This document shows, one piece after another, positions 51,376 through 64,000 of a stretch of DNA of 64,000 bases. The first letter of the stretch is position 1. Every line of letters begins with the position of its first letter. The stretch comes from Proteromonas lacertae (lineage: Eukaryota), in NCBI GenBank assembly GCA_002245135.1, contig NGBS01000003.1:248001-312000 (forward strand). The letters are read 5' to 3'. A program made the position numbers and the translations under genes. The notes under the pieces are model-generated. The model saw only the letters and a program-made list of their open reading frames with translations, had not been told where the DNA came from and did not search any database.

Positions 51376-54300
51376 TTAATAAACATTGAAAAAATCGTTT
51401 GAAATGTCTTTTTTAACTTTTTCTGAAATTCCATTTATTTTGATTCTTTTTATTAATGAAAATGTGTTTAAGAATGATTGTAATTCTGATTTATCTATAT
51501 TTTCATTTAATGTAATTGATAGTTCATCTAAATAATCAAACACTTCTTTTTTTTCTATTATTAATTTCAATCCTTTTTCATCAATTACATTTCCTGATAG
51601 ATATAGATATCTTAAAGGTTTATAATCCTTCAATCTATCTATTAATACTTTTAATCCCTTTTCACTCATTCCAATGTCTATTTACATTATGATTATATTA
51701 ATTTTATAATATACTTGAAAGATTTAATGTGTAATTATCATTTCTTACAACAAATTTATCTACATATTTGCATATTATCTCAACTCCTTCATCTCCTATT
51801 GGATTATCACTTATTAGTATATATATTGATATATATCCATCATCTTTTGGTAAATATTCTATTAGTTTTTTTAATCCTTTATAACTAATTTTATTATTTA
51901 ATAAATCAAGATATTCATAATTAATCTGTTTTATTAATGAAATATGAGAATCATTAATATTCATTTCTATTTCATTATAAACTATATCTTATACTTGAAA
52001 AATCATCTTTTCCGTGATTATAACATCTTTTCTTTTTAACACAATAATCCAAATAATATTCCATTTCTTCATTTGTCCATAAAAAGTTCTTCATTTCTAT
52101 AAATGTATATTTTTGATTTTCTAATGATTTTGAACAAATTGATTTTAATCCATCCATTCTGATATTATTCCCATTTAGATTTATTTTTTCACATCTTCTG
52201 ATAGATTTTATTCCATCTGCTAATAATATTATACTCTCATTATCTATTGAGATATTGCTCAAATTCATATAACCATATCTGTCAATTAATTTTGAATTAT
52301 TTAATAATAGTTTAAATCCATTATTACCAATTGGATTATCTATTTACAAATAATAAATGATATTTCATATACCATTAATCCATAGTTTTTCTATATTATT
52401 TTTATCTTTTATATAATTCATTATATACTCTATTCCATTTGAATCTATAATATTACCACTTAAATCTAGTATTACCTTTCCATTTATACTCTTTAAACCA
52501 TCCAACAAATATTTCAATCCATCTGAAGATAATCCCATTTCTATTTAATATAAGATAATAACTACTATACTTGAACAATTAATCTCTAAATAATCATTTA
52601 ATAAATGTAAATGTGGAGATAATATTTTCATTCCTTCATCTCCTATCTCATTTCCATATAACTTCAGTTGTTTAAGATTTGGAAATGAAGATAGATTGCT
52701 AATCAGTATTTGTATACTTTTATATGTTAGTTTATTATCTATATATTAGAGAATTATCAAATAATACAATTCAAGTAAAATCTATTTATTACTTTTAATT
52801 CATTTAATCTTAATGAAATGAATGATTTGAAATAATCGTCATCAATTTCACAATTACTCAAAATTAATCTATAAATACAATCTATACAGTATTTTATCAA
52901 TACTGGAATATCTTTGTCTATCAGTAATTCTTTGCATCCATTAAAATCAAAGGAGATTTTTGAAATAGGAAATTTGGAGAATAAAACTTTTAATCCTTTG
53001 GAATGGATATTATTCAGCGTTATATCTATTCTACTAATATTTGGATATTTATATAATTCTGATGATAATAGCATCATTGATTCATCATTCAAATACATCT
53101 CTCTAAGATTTAATTCATTATTTTCGTTGATTAATAAACGTAAATATGGAAGTAACAGTTTGAATCCTTTTGGACCAATTGGATTCCCTATTTCATTATT
53201 ATATGATTAAACTTATAAATACGTTGAAGATCTAAATAATTCAATTTCATGAATGGAATTGATTTAATAAAAGATTCAACAAGTGAAGAGTTAATATTAC
53301 AATCTAATAAATATAACCGTTGCAAATTGGATAATTGAGAAAAAAATGACATGAATAATGGCTGGGTTGGTATTTTCACACCTTCTTTAAATATTGTAGC
53401 ATTGTCTAATAAATATAATGATCAGAATTATACTAAAAGAGATTTGTGTTGGATTTATTAATTTCAATATTCTAAATAAATAATTTATTCCTTCTTCACA
53501 GAAACAAAAAGATTGTGAATTAATTTTGATGATTTCTTTGTTACGATAAGGAGTGTCAATACTAAATATCATCTCATCTAACTTTTCATAATAATATTTA
53601 CATCTGTGAAGATTTTTAAATCTCAATTTGCCTATAATTGAATAAGGTTCTTTGTATAATTTCATCATTAATAGAATTGATAATATTCTTTCATTTGGCT
53701 TATTATTGTATGATTTTATTAAACAATCTAGAATTCTTTTCCATTTGTCATTATTGATATAATACTTTGATAGATGTATTATTGGAAGTGCAACAGCTGA
53801 ATAATCATCATTATATAATATCTCTTTTCTTTCTCTACATATCAATATATTATTATTTCTATCTTTCAATAATTCACTCATTTTCATTATTTCTTTTTTC
53901 AACTCTTTCAAACTCATTCTATCTTCATTTCTCACTTTTAACATTCTAAATATCATCACTTTCATCTCATAATCACATTCTACATCTAAACTGTATTTAC
54001 ATCTCACAATATTATTTATTGTTTTATTCATATTATCATTTTCATTAAATGGTAATTTCTTACAAATCATTTCATATAATATACAGCCAATTGACCAAAC
54101 CACACTTCTTTCATTACATTCTAATCCATTTAACTCTTCTGGGCTTTTAAAACAAACATCATACACTCTCATTTCTTCTTCTTTTCTTATTTCATTCAAA
54201 CATAAATCACATAACTTTAAAACATCATTCTCTTCATATATCACATTACTGCTCTTCAAATTATCAACCACTATATCATATTCACTCAACACTATGACAT

Positions 54301-54696
54301 TAGCACATATTGAACATATAACACTACCAATATCACTAATTGAAAAGGATTTACTTTCAATTATCTCTTCAAGATCTTTTGAATAATATTCTCTCTCATA
54401 TATCATATATTCACCACAATTATTCAATTGAAGCATTTTTGAAGGATAAGAACAGCTTAAACAACTATCACTCAATAAGGAGCTATTTTCACAGAATTTC
54501 AATATCCTATTTTCTTTTATTCTACTAACATTAAGCATTTTCACTATTTTAATATCTTGTTCACACAGTAAAACAAAATCTACTTCATATTTACTCTTTT
54601 CTACTCTCTCTTTTATCTATATAATTAAATTAATTATAATACTTTTGAACCAGATAGTAATATGGAAGATATTATTCTATCTAAGTAAATATTCAT
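51376..54696 (-). CDS. Degenerate protein kinase domain fused to RI-like leucine-rich repeats
   Basis: FKSPEEL, VWSIGCILYEMICKKLPF; catalytic loop VVDNLKSSNV; repeated NPIGxxG LRRs. Confidence 0.8.
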
Positions 54697-54763
54697 TTAT
54701 CACAAATTGTATCGTTTCATAAATGGTATTTTTTTTGATTATTTTGAATAACCATAAAGAAGA

Positions 54764-56017
54764 ATGAGTGAAAAACATCATCATCACCACCATCATAAAG
54801 ATGAAGAGAAAGATGAAAGTAAAGGTGAAGAGAAAAAAGATGATTTTATAGTTCCAAAGGATCGTTTTATTACCCCTTGGGATGTTGTTAATAAAGATAC
54901 TGTTACTGATGTATATTTTGAATGTAATATACTAGGAATATTATTATGTTGGTACGACAGGTCAAAAAGTAACCCAAATGGAGGGATTAGAAGAAAAGCC
55001 AGAATTGAAAGTATATTAATTAATGATATCATGTATTATATATAGAGTCTAGTATTAAGATCAAATTTACTCCAAAAAATATCTCATTTAGAAACTTTGC
55101 TAAATCTCACTTATTTAGAATTATATGACAATATATTAGACTCAATGGAAGGAATTGAAATGTTATATAATTTAGAGTATCAATATATTGTAATAATAAT
55201 AGAACACTTGATATATCTTACAACAAAATCAAAATTCTTCCTCCATTACCTAAATTAACGAAAGTAAGAGATTGTTATATAGCATCCAATAAAATCGAAG
55301 ATATGGGAAATATATCCTGTTTAGTGAATGTAAAGAAATTAGATTTAGGAGCAAATAAAATTCGAAAATTATGTGGTGTAGAAAATTTAACGAATTTGAC
55401 TGAATTATATTTAGGTAAAAATAAGATTACTCAAATCGAAGGATTGAATAATATGAGTCAATTAGAGAAATTAGATTTACAATGTAATCGATTAACGAAA
55501 TTAGAAAATTTGAATAGTTTGATAAATTTAGAAGAATTATATTTAAATCATAATGGTTTAACAAAAATCGAAAATTTAGATAATCTTGTATAATTCTATT
55601 TATATATATATAATATTATATAAATTATAGGTAAATTTGAATACTTTAGATGTTGCAAACAATAAATTGACGAAATTAGAGAATGTTTCACATATGAAGA
55701 AATTAACTGATATTTGGGCTAATAACAATGATATAAAATCATTTGATGATATAGCAACGATAGTTCCACTAGGAGATGTAGCGAAAGGAGGACATATAGA
55801 TACGTTATACTTAGAACATAATCCAATAGCAAGTGAATTTGAATATCGAATAATGATAGCGAAAATGTTGCCTACTTTACATCAACTAGATGCAACTTAT
55901 TGTTATACTCCTACATCTGAAACAGTAGAACACAACCGTGAGCCTATTAGTGAAGCAGCGAAAGCAGCGTTGAGAAGAATTCAAGAAATGCAATCACCTG
56001 CTCCAGCATCTAAATAG
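54764..56017 (+). CDS. SDS22: PP1 regulatory subunit SDS22/PPP1R7
   Basis: LDLGANKIR, LTELYLGKNKITQIEGL, LEELYLNHNGL, TLYLEHNP...LHQLDAT. Confidence 0.92.
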
Positions 56018-56154
56018 TTGGTATTTGCTATATTGATGATTGATATATTCTTATTTTATTATTTTTGAAATGTAAATTATGTTTTTGCGTGATAAATATA
56101 TAAATACATAAAATACAAAAGAAAAAGTGTATTATACATTTTTATTTGTTTTTG

Positions 56155-57349
56155 ATGGAAACACCAAATTTCAGATGTGAAATATATGGTATATAGATTG
56201 TATTATATGAGATAGTTGGAAATATACCACATAATAAACCAGAATCTGAGCTGATCGATCTTTTAAGCAAAGTTGGCAAAGTTGTTGGATTTCAGTATTT
56301 ATAAAATAACTTATAAATAGAATGAAGAAGAATAAAGATGGGAGCCCAGCAGGTTTTGGCTTTTGTGAGTATGAAAGTCATGAAGTTGCAGAAAGGGCTG
56401 TTAAAGAATTAAAAGGGCTAAAATTCTATGATAGAATTCTACGAATTAGTTTTCCTGATAAACAAAAATCAAAAATAGTAGAATCTGCAGTTGGAGGTAA
56501 CGGAGGAGTATAAACAACACATTTATAAAATCTAATAGGGCAGTAATAATATCAAATCATTAAAGACATTAATTAAAGAAACAATAGATTTAATACCAAA
56601 TCGTGAATTAAACATATTATTAGAACGATGGGAAGTATATAATATCATTTATGTTTATATATAAATAGTATTACAGAGATCATGAACCTCGTATATATAA
56701 TGAATTCCTAGAACCATATCCAAGTATCAAAAAAGGATTGAATGTCTTTAATGAACAATATTTAGCAGCATTAAGTAAACCAGAAGGTGAAAGAAATGTA
56801 CCAAAAAGACCAATGGATGGAAATATTTCCAGCAGACCATTGAAAATAGCCAAAACAAATAATAATAATAATATAAAAGATTATGATAGTAATTATTATC
56901 AACCACCACCACCACCACAACAACAACAACCACTTCCTTCATCATCGTATATGCCATATAATGATAATAATAATGGATATTATTATAACAATAATAACAA
57001 TAACAATAGTAATAGATATGATCCGTATAATTATATTCCTCCTCCACAACCCAATGATCCATATTTATATCAACCACCTCCATCTCAAATACCACCTATT
57101 CCACCACAACAACCAATATCTCAACCATCTCCATATTCACAAGGACAAATTGATCCATATAGTGCTCCACCGATGTATTCAAATCCAATTTATAATAATA
57201 ATGATCCATATAATGCTCCAACTACTTATAGTGTTAATGACTTAGTGAATAATGATAATAGACAATATGTTAATGATAAAGAAGATAATAGAAGTAAGTA
57301 TCCAATAGCTAAACCATTTGTACCTTCAACTTATAGACCATCAGAATAG
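56155..57349 (+). CDS. RRM protein, CstF64/RNA15-like, with Pro/Tyr/Asn-rich tail
   Basis: VGNIPH (RNP2) and GFGFCEY (RNP1). Confidence 0.65.
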
Positions 57350-57446
57350 AATTTAATGTTTTGAAAAATATAAATTTATTAATCATTTTTTTTATTTATA
57401 AAATACAAAAACAGTAACAACTATCATATATACACAAAATATTATA

Positions 57447-60400
57447 TTAATCAGAAACAAGATTCTTTAAAAAAGGTAAATCATCTGGTAACTCAACACT
57501 ACATTGTGATCTTGATAAATAATCAGTAATATAATCAGGAACAACATTCTCACTAGATGAAAGATCATTACATATAGAAGAAACAACTTCACCTTTATTA
57601 TGTCCTTTCATTTTACCTTCTTCAACGACAGAACTAAACTCTGAAGTTAATATCTTGTCAAGATTTCGAAATGGATTTAAATAATTATAGAAACTTCTAC
57701 TATTATTCTCACAATTTGTCTTATAAGCTGTTGCTTCTATTACATATAATATAAACGAATATATATTTATACTATTTGCTCTTAATATAGTCAAATAATC
57801 AACATATTCATCAAACACTTGACGATTTAATGGCAATATGATTGAACTATGTTGAATTTCCATTAGTTTTTCTATTATAATATATAAAGATATATTCATA
57901 CTTTCACATTCTTCTGTTAATTCAACATTCAAATGACTATGAAGTGGTCTTAATTGAGATAATGGAACTTCTTTAGTATCTTGTTTAGCATAAGAAAGAA
58001 ACAAATCATTTCTCATTCCTTCAAATTCTTTGCTAAATTTTGACATTTTATCAATGAATGAATCATCATAGTTCTTTAATGGACATGGATTAACACAGTA
58101 AGATTCATAAAGTCTATTAATAATAATTATATAATATTATATATATATATATATATATACTTCGATGAATATGAATCTAAATTATTATCTTTCAATTCTT
58201 CTGCTACTGAGATGTTTAAACCTGGTGGTTTTAATGAATAATCTAATTGAAAACCTAACATACCTATATCTGTTTTGGTTATTATTTTTGGAGTGGCTGT
58301 TTATAGAATATTAAAGAAAATAACAACATAAAGTATATTTTATAGAAAAAAGATATTGGCGGTTCAATAAACTTTATATAATATCTATCAAAGAATTCAT
58401 CGAATAAAACCAACTTATCATTTTCTGTTAAATATTCATATTGATCACTTTTACTTGTATAAATTTGACTTGGTAAAATGGCAGGTTGTAAAGGTAAAAT
58501 AATACAAAAACATTCTGGACAAAACAAATTACCATTAGATTCCGTTGAACAGTATGGACACTTTGGCACAATTTCTGAATTACTTTTTAACAACAAAATA
58601 TCTTGTGGAATTGATCCTAATAATGAGTTTTCAACAGTATATAACTTAGTCAAATCCCTAGAACAAAGGTAATTAGATGGAAACTGTGATAATTCAAACT
58701 GTTGAAGTGGATAACAATACCAATTACCAACTGGATTTACTATTGAAACACCTTCACTTACATTCTTATGATGTAAATAATAGTCAGTATCTATATCCCA
58801 TAATGGACAATTACTGTGTTGATATTCTGGAATAAATTTACCTAAGAAGAGATTCATTGCATCTTGTTTTAAACGATCAGTAAATGAATTACTAATATAA
58901 TAACAAATAGTTTATATAAATATATTATACTTATAATATCTTTTAATGGATGTTATTATTTCACTACTTGTATCAGCTGATTGACTTACTTCTCTCACTT
59001 TCTTATGTGCTTCTGATCCACCATATTGTAAGGCAATACTATCACCTATTGTATTATACATATTACGAAATATTTTGGCAATATTACTATCATATGGCTA
59101 TATAAATAAATAACTGATAAACAATTATACTAATATTTCATTATGTGATAAACCTAAAGCGAATAGCATTTCAGATAAAGCTCTCATTCCAATAAAATAC
59201 TATTTAAAAACATAAGTAATATATATACTTGAGCAACATTTGTTCTATCCAAACAATCTATACAATTCGATCTTACAACACCTCTTTGTTCAATACGATA
59301 AGCATTTATATTATGATGATTATCAACAACTTGAGGAGGAATTACAACAAATGAATTTACTCTCGTTCTTTCATTAAATAAATGAGGAACTAAAAGGAAA
59401 ACATATATATATATATAACATATATACCATCATTATCAACAGAAGTAACCTCACTCCAATCATCCGATAAACAACTAAATGTACCTTCATTACCAATTGG
59501 AGATATTAAATTACTAGTTAAACTCTGGCTAAAATCCATTGAACTAGTTATATTGTTATTTGTATTGTTATTAGTGTAATTATCACCAACAGGAAATTGT
59601 AATTTCTGTGTAACTCTCATTGCAAATATTCCTGTGTTTCTAAGAGCTTCAATTGCTATTGAATCTAAACCATTATACACTATTTTTGGATCTTTTAATC
59701 TTTTCATTTGTGCAGCATAATCATATTTCTTATAAATCACCTGTAAACCTGGTGGTAAGAATTTATTATGATATTTTACTGCTTCTTCAAATTCAGGACC
59801 TAAAATACTTTCACGAGGTTTCTTTTCTTGTTCTTTTATTAAATTCAATACAATTACTGGAGAAGAATATCGTTTAAATAAATCATTCAAATGTAATCTA
59901 TATTGATCATATGATGGATCAAATTTGGTTAATTGAATTGCTGGTTTTGGATGTGCAGCACTTGTGATTTGTTTCCAATATACTGGAATACTACCACGAT
60001 ACTAATTTAAATATTATAAAATAATAGTAATAATATATTTTAATACTTGAACATAAGATGCTACATATCCATCACAATCTTCGATGATTTGTTCTATTTC
60101 AATATCATTTGCTACATGTCCTTTATCATCAATTCCTCTTTTCAAATACCTTGTACCTGCATAACGTCGAGATCTTCTTGCTATTAATGTCAAGTCAAAT
60201 ATATTTCCATAGATTGAACACTTATGATGTAATATTGAACCATGAACTAATGTTACTAACCAAAAGTTATTTATATAATTGGATATTTCTTTACATAAGT
60301 ATTTATTCCATTTATAAAATACATTTTCTACTGGATTTGCATGTTTACCATAATGATGATGAGATACACTAATTATATTGGCTTGAGCTGTTCGAGTCAA

Positions 60401-61465
60401 ATTATAGGTATAACTATAGTAGAACCCTTTTGTCAAACCTACTGTCATAAATATTTCTTTATATCTCTTTTCTGCTAAATCACTATCAGGTTTAACTTTC
60501 AATTTCTGCCAAAAAGAAGGAGGTAATTCAGTAAATAATGGAATCAACATATAATCATCAATTGCGTAGATATTATGACCCATCAACGTTACTATTAATG
60601 AAGATTTCGTTACTAATATCAGATAATACCCTTTGAGAAATTTCACTGTTCCTAATATCGATGAACCTGTTGCTATCATCGTTAACCCTCCATTGCTATA
60701 ATAAATAATAATAATAAATAAAAATACCATAAAAATTTAGTGTGTATATCTCTAAGTTTACTTTGAATCTCTGATTTCGTATAAGTATCAGGATCTTCAC
60801 ATATAATTGCATTTAAATCTGTTACTTCAGTTGAAGAGGCTCTTTTTATAGTTATAAGATGAAAATTATTCTCCCATCTATCACAACCTATTAAATACAT
60901 CATCTATTTAGAAATATTATTATAATAAAAGTAATAATTATATATTTACATTATTTGTAGCATATAACATAAAACTAGATAATTTTTCTCTATCACATGG
61001 AAGAGCATTCAATAGAGTTGAAACTCGAGGTAAACTTGTTTTTGGTTTTGATGGGATAACAACTGGTGATATTGGTACACAGATACTAGGTCGATTTCGA
61101 GGAGTATAAGGAATATAACTCTGAGAATCAATAAATTCTTTAATTGTTTGGTACCATGATTCAATTTCATCATTTTCTGCTGTAAATGACGCTTCTTCTT
61201 TTCCCTTACTTGAAAATACTAGCAATATTCTATAAACTCAACAAATAAATAAATACTTTCCAAAACCGTTCTTTTTACTCATATCACACTCTAATACATT
61301 TATTTTAGCTTTAAATTTTTCCAAAGGATCGTTACTGTTGGTATTGTATTCTACTAACATTCCTGTTATTGAATCCAAATAGTAATATTTTTTCTTGAAT
61401 GTTCCAGGGATCGTTCCTGATCTTTGTAAATACCCTTCCTTAACACTAAAAAGAGAAGTTGACAT
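57447..61465 (-). CDS. FIG4: FIG4/SAC3-type phosphoinositide phosphatase with N-terminal PH domain
   Basis: ARRSRRYAGTRYLKRG, RGSIPVYW, RSNCIDCLDRTNVAQ, LQYGGSEAH, FTDRLKQDAMNLFLG; PH-like KEGYLQR...FKKKYYYL. Confidence 0.9.
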
Positions 61466-61569
61466 AAAATTAAAAAATATGTTTGATGATGGTTTGATTT
61501 TCTAAAGATTTTTATGTCAATTATTTCAATAAATACAAATAAATATGAATAAATATAGTTTTATTATTA

Positions 61570-63858
61570 TTATTGATTCCATAATGCATCTGATGCTGGT
61601 GATAAAGAAGGTCTTTTAGGGTTTTCTCCAATTTGTGATTCTAAAGCTTCACAATATGCAATTAATCGATTAATATCTGTTTTCAATTCACTCTAATAGA
61701 AGATATTATAACAAATATAATATACAACACTGGCAGCGAGTGAAACATTATCATAATTATCTTGTTTAGCTTCAGATAGATTAAAAGCCATTTTGTATTT
61801 CTTTTGATAAGTTTGTATTTCTTTTTTCAGATTATCATTTTCATCTTCTATCATTCTTAATTCTTCTTTTTGTTCTAATTCAATAGAATAATGACATTAT
61901 ATATATATATATATATACGTTCACAACTATCACTTAACATTTGAATGTGTCCATTCAACTGTTCAATTTCAAGTTCATTTTGTTGTCTCATTTCCTCCAT
62001 TTTCAAATTCATTTCTTCCACTTCAGCATTCTTTTCATTTAATGTGTTAGAAATATCCTCATGTTGTTGAACATAATTATTATATTGCGCACTTAGTTCA
62101 TCTCTTTCTATTCGCACTTGCTCATATTTTGTTTCAAATATTTTGTTCTTTTCTTCATTTACCTATTATTTTATAATAATAACAATATAAATATAATACT
62201 TTTAGAGCATTTACTTCTTGTTCAATAGCTTTATAATCAACTTGCATTTTTTCATACTGAGCTTTCATTTGATTGTATATGATTTGAGTATCATTATACT
62301 GTTGATCTTTCACTTTATATTCTTCAATAGTTTCATTTAATTCTCTCATTTTATTCACTCTTTTTTCTCTTTCATATTCATATGATTTTATTTGAGCAAC
62401 TAATTCTCCATTTTCTTTTTCTAATTTTTGAATTTTATCTGTGAATTTTCTTCTTGATTCTTCATGTGTTTTTAAAGCAGAATCAAGTTGATTTTCAAGC
62501 TAAAAAGAAAAGTAAAATAATAATAATATATACATCAGCATTTTGAGATTGTAAATCCTGTTGCATTCTATCATTTTCTTGTTGTAATTGCTGTATTTGA
62601 GTATGTAATGAATTCTATAGAAATGATTAATTCATAAAATTATACTATATTTTTACTCTTTGTAGAATCACTATTTTGTTTATCAGAGTTTAATAATTCA
62701 ATCTAAAATAATAAATACATTCATAAATAATATAATATTATACATCATTTTGAAGTATAGCACACTGTTTCTTCAATTCTCTTACTTGATTCTCTAAATC
62801 TCCATTTCTACTGTTAAGATCTTCAATTTCATCATCTTTTTCTTCTAATTGGCTTTGAAATGCAGTTGAACTATTTAAAAAATATATATAAATATAAATA
62901 AAAATACCTTTGTGAAATATTTTTTAACTTTTCAATCATATCTCTTGCACTTTTTAATTGATATTTTAATTCTCTATTTTCTAATTCTATTTTCTGCATT
63001 TGGTTATTCAATCTTTGTTTTTCTAAAGGATCATCACCATTATTATTACTAGATGATGCTGCCGTTCTTGTTGATCTAGATGTCTTCTTTGGTGAATCAA
63101 AATCATCTTCCATTTCATCTAATTCGTTGTTTATTTCTTCTTTACTTTCGCTCAATTTTGATTCACTTCTTAAACTATATATAAATGACTAGAAATATAT
63201 ATACGCTTCACTTATTTTTGATTCTCTTTTACTTGATGAAGATTTTCCTCCACTTCTTCCACCTAATTCTTTTGCTGAATTCAATTTCCTTTGTAATACG
63301 ATTTTTTCACTTTCTAATGTTTTCACTTTCTCTTCAAGTTCTTCTCGAGTTAGAGGACGAAATCTAATTGGACCACCAGTTGTAGCTTTAATGATTTCTT
63401 TGTTTAATTCTTCTGTTGTTGAATAAACCTTCTTTGATAATAGTATGCTTTTTAAAACATCTATTTTTAATTCCAACTGTATACAAATACTAATAATATT
63501 TAGAATATACGTTTCTTCTAAGCATAATAGCTTGTTTTATTCTTGGAGCACTTTCTAATCCTTGTTCTTTTTCTTTTTCCAATGCATCTATTTTTTCTTG
63601 AAGTTTTGTTCTTTCAACACTATATTTCTTTCTTAGATTTATTATATCTTCTTGTGAAGTTGTTGAACTTGGTGCTTTTATTTTTAAATTCTCTACAGTA
63701 AGTTGTCTATTTTGTTCCTAGTGAGTATTAGATTGTCTTTAATACTTCTAACTTTGATATTTTGTCTTGAAGCATTTTAATTTTATCATCAGTGTCTTTT
63801 CCTCTACTAACAAAATAAAATTTTATATATACGATGATTTAGCTCTTGCACTCTTCAT
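61570..63858 (-). CDS. Long coiled-coil protein, multi-exon
   Basis: E/K/Q-rich heptad exons separated by ~30-nt introns; ATG 63858, TAA 61572-61570. Confidence 0.75.
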
Positions 63859-64000
63859 AATTCATAAAAACAGAAAACAGAAAGCTTGAAATAGGTTTGA
63901 TTTTTAAAAATGTTATAGACAGTGAATGGTTTAAAAATTATAGAATACAAAATTGCGGTTATGAAATAATCATTTAGATATTATGTAGTGTAATAAATAG

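Noticed and set aside
54764..54800. His7 tract at the SDS22 N-terminus (tag-like)
   Set aside because: Natural low-complexity CAT/CAC run in an intron-containing gene; no vector sequence nearby
1444..63367. Many short antisense or off-frame ORFs in the track (His/Leu/Phe/Ile-rich)
   Set aside because: Shadows of low-complexity coding sequence on the other strand or frame
1..64000. Alternative genetic code or widespread pseudogenes to explain fragmented ORFs
   Set aside because: The breaks I examined are nearly all resolved by ~30-nt GT-AG introns under the standard code
1..64000. tRNA, rRNA, snRNA genes or CRISPR arrays
   Set aside because: None recognised by eye; small ncRNAs could be missed without covariance-model searches

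Overview
AT-rich, gene-dense eukaryotic nuclear DNA with very short GT-AG introns (mostly ~26-35 nt) and intergenic spaces usually under 300 bp. This organisation suggests a low-GC Blastocystis/Proteromonas-type stramenopile (inference). Most of the window is housekeeping genes: CaMKK-like kinase, strawberry notch, WDR12, enolase, YJU2, CFAP210-like, poly(A) polymerase, a 4-domain Ca2+ channel, DHHC, PIG-Q, PP6, SDS22 and FIG4. Two accessory regions stand out. (1) A ~14.5 kb intron-poor, very compact cluster (7.9-22.4 kb) holds about 13 genes: Golgi-type glycosyltransferases, two FkbM methyltransferases and a UDP-sugar pyrophosphorylase. It is bracketed by a 245-bp near-identical direct repeat and looks like a eukaryotic glycan biosynthetic locus. 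(2) A 3.3 kb palindrome (37806-41100) carries head-to-head copies of an intronless ORF resembling the N-terminal domain of Polinton/Maverick-type protein-primed DNA polymerases. Its centre is an imperfect, ATCC-rich hairpin, reminiscent of a replicated hairpin-telomere junction. Family assignments come from motif recognition by eye, with no database search; some exon boundaries are approximate.
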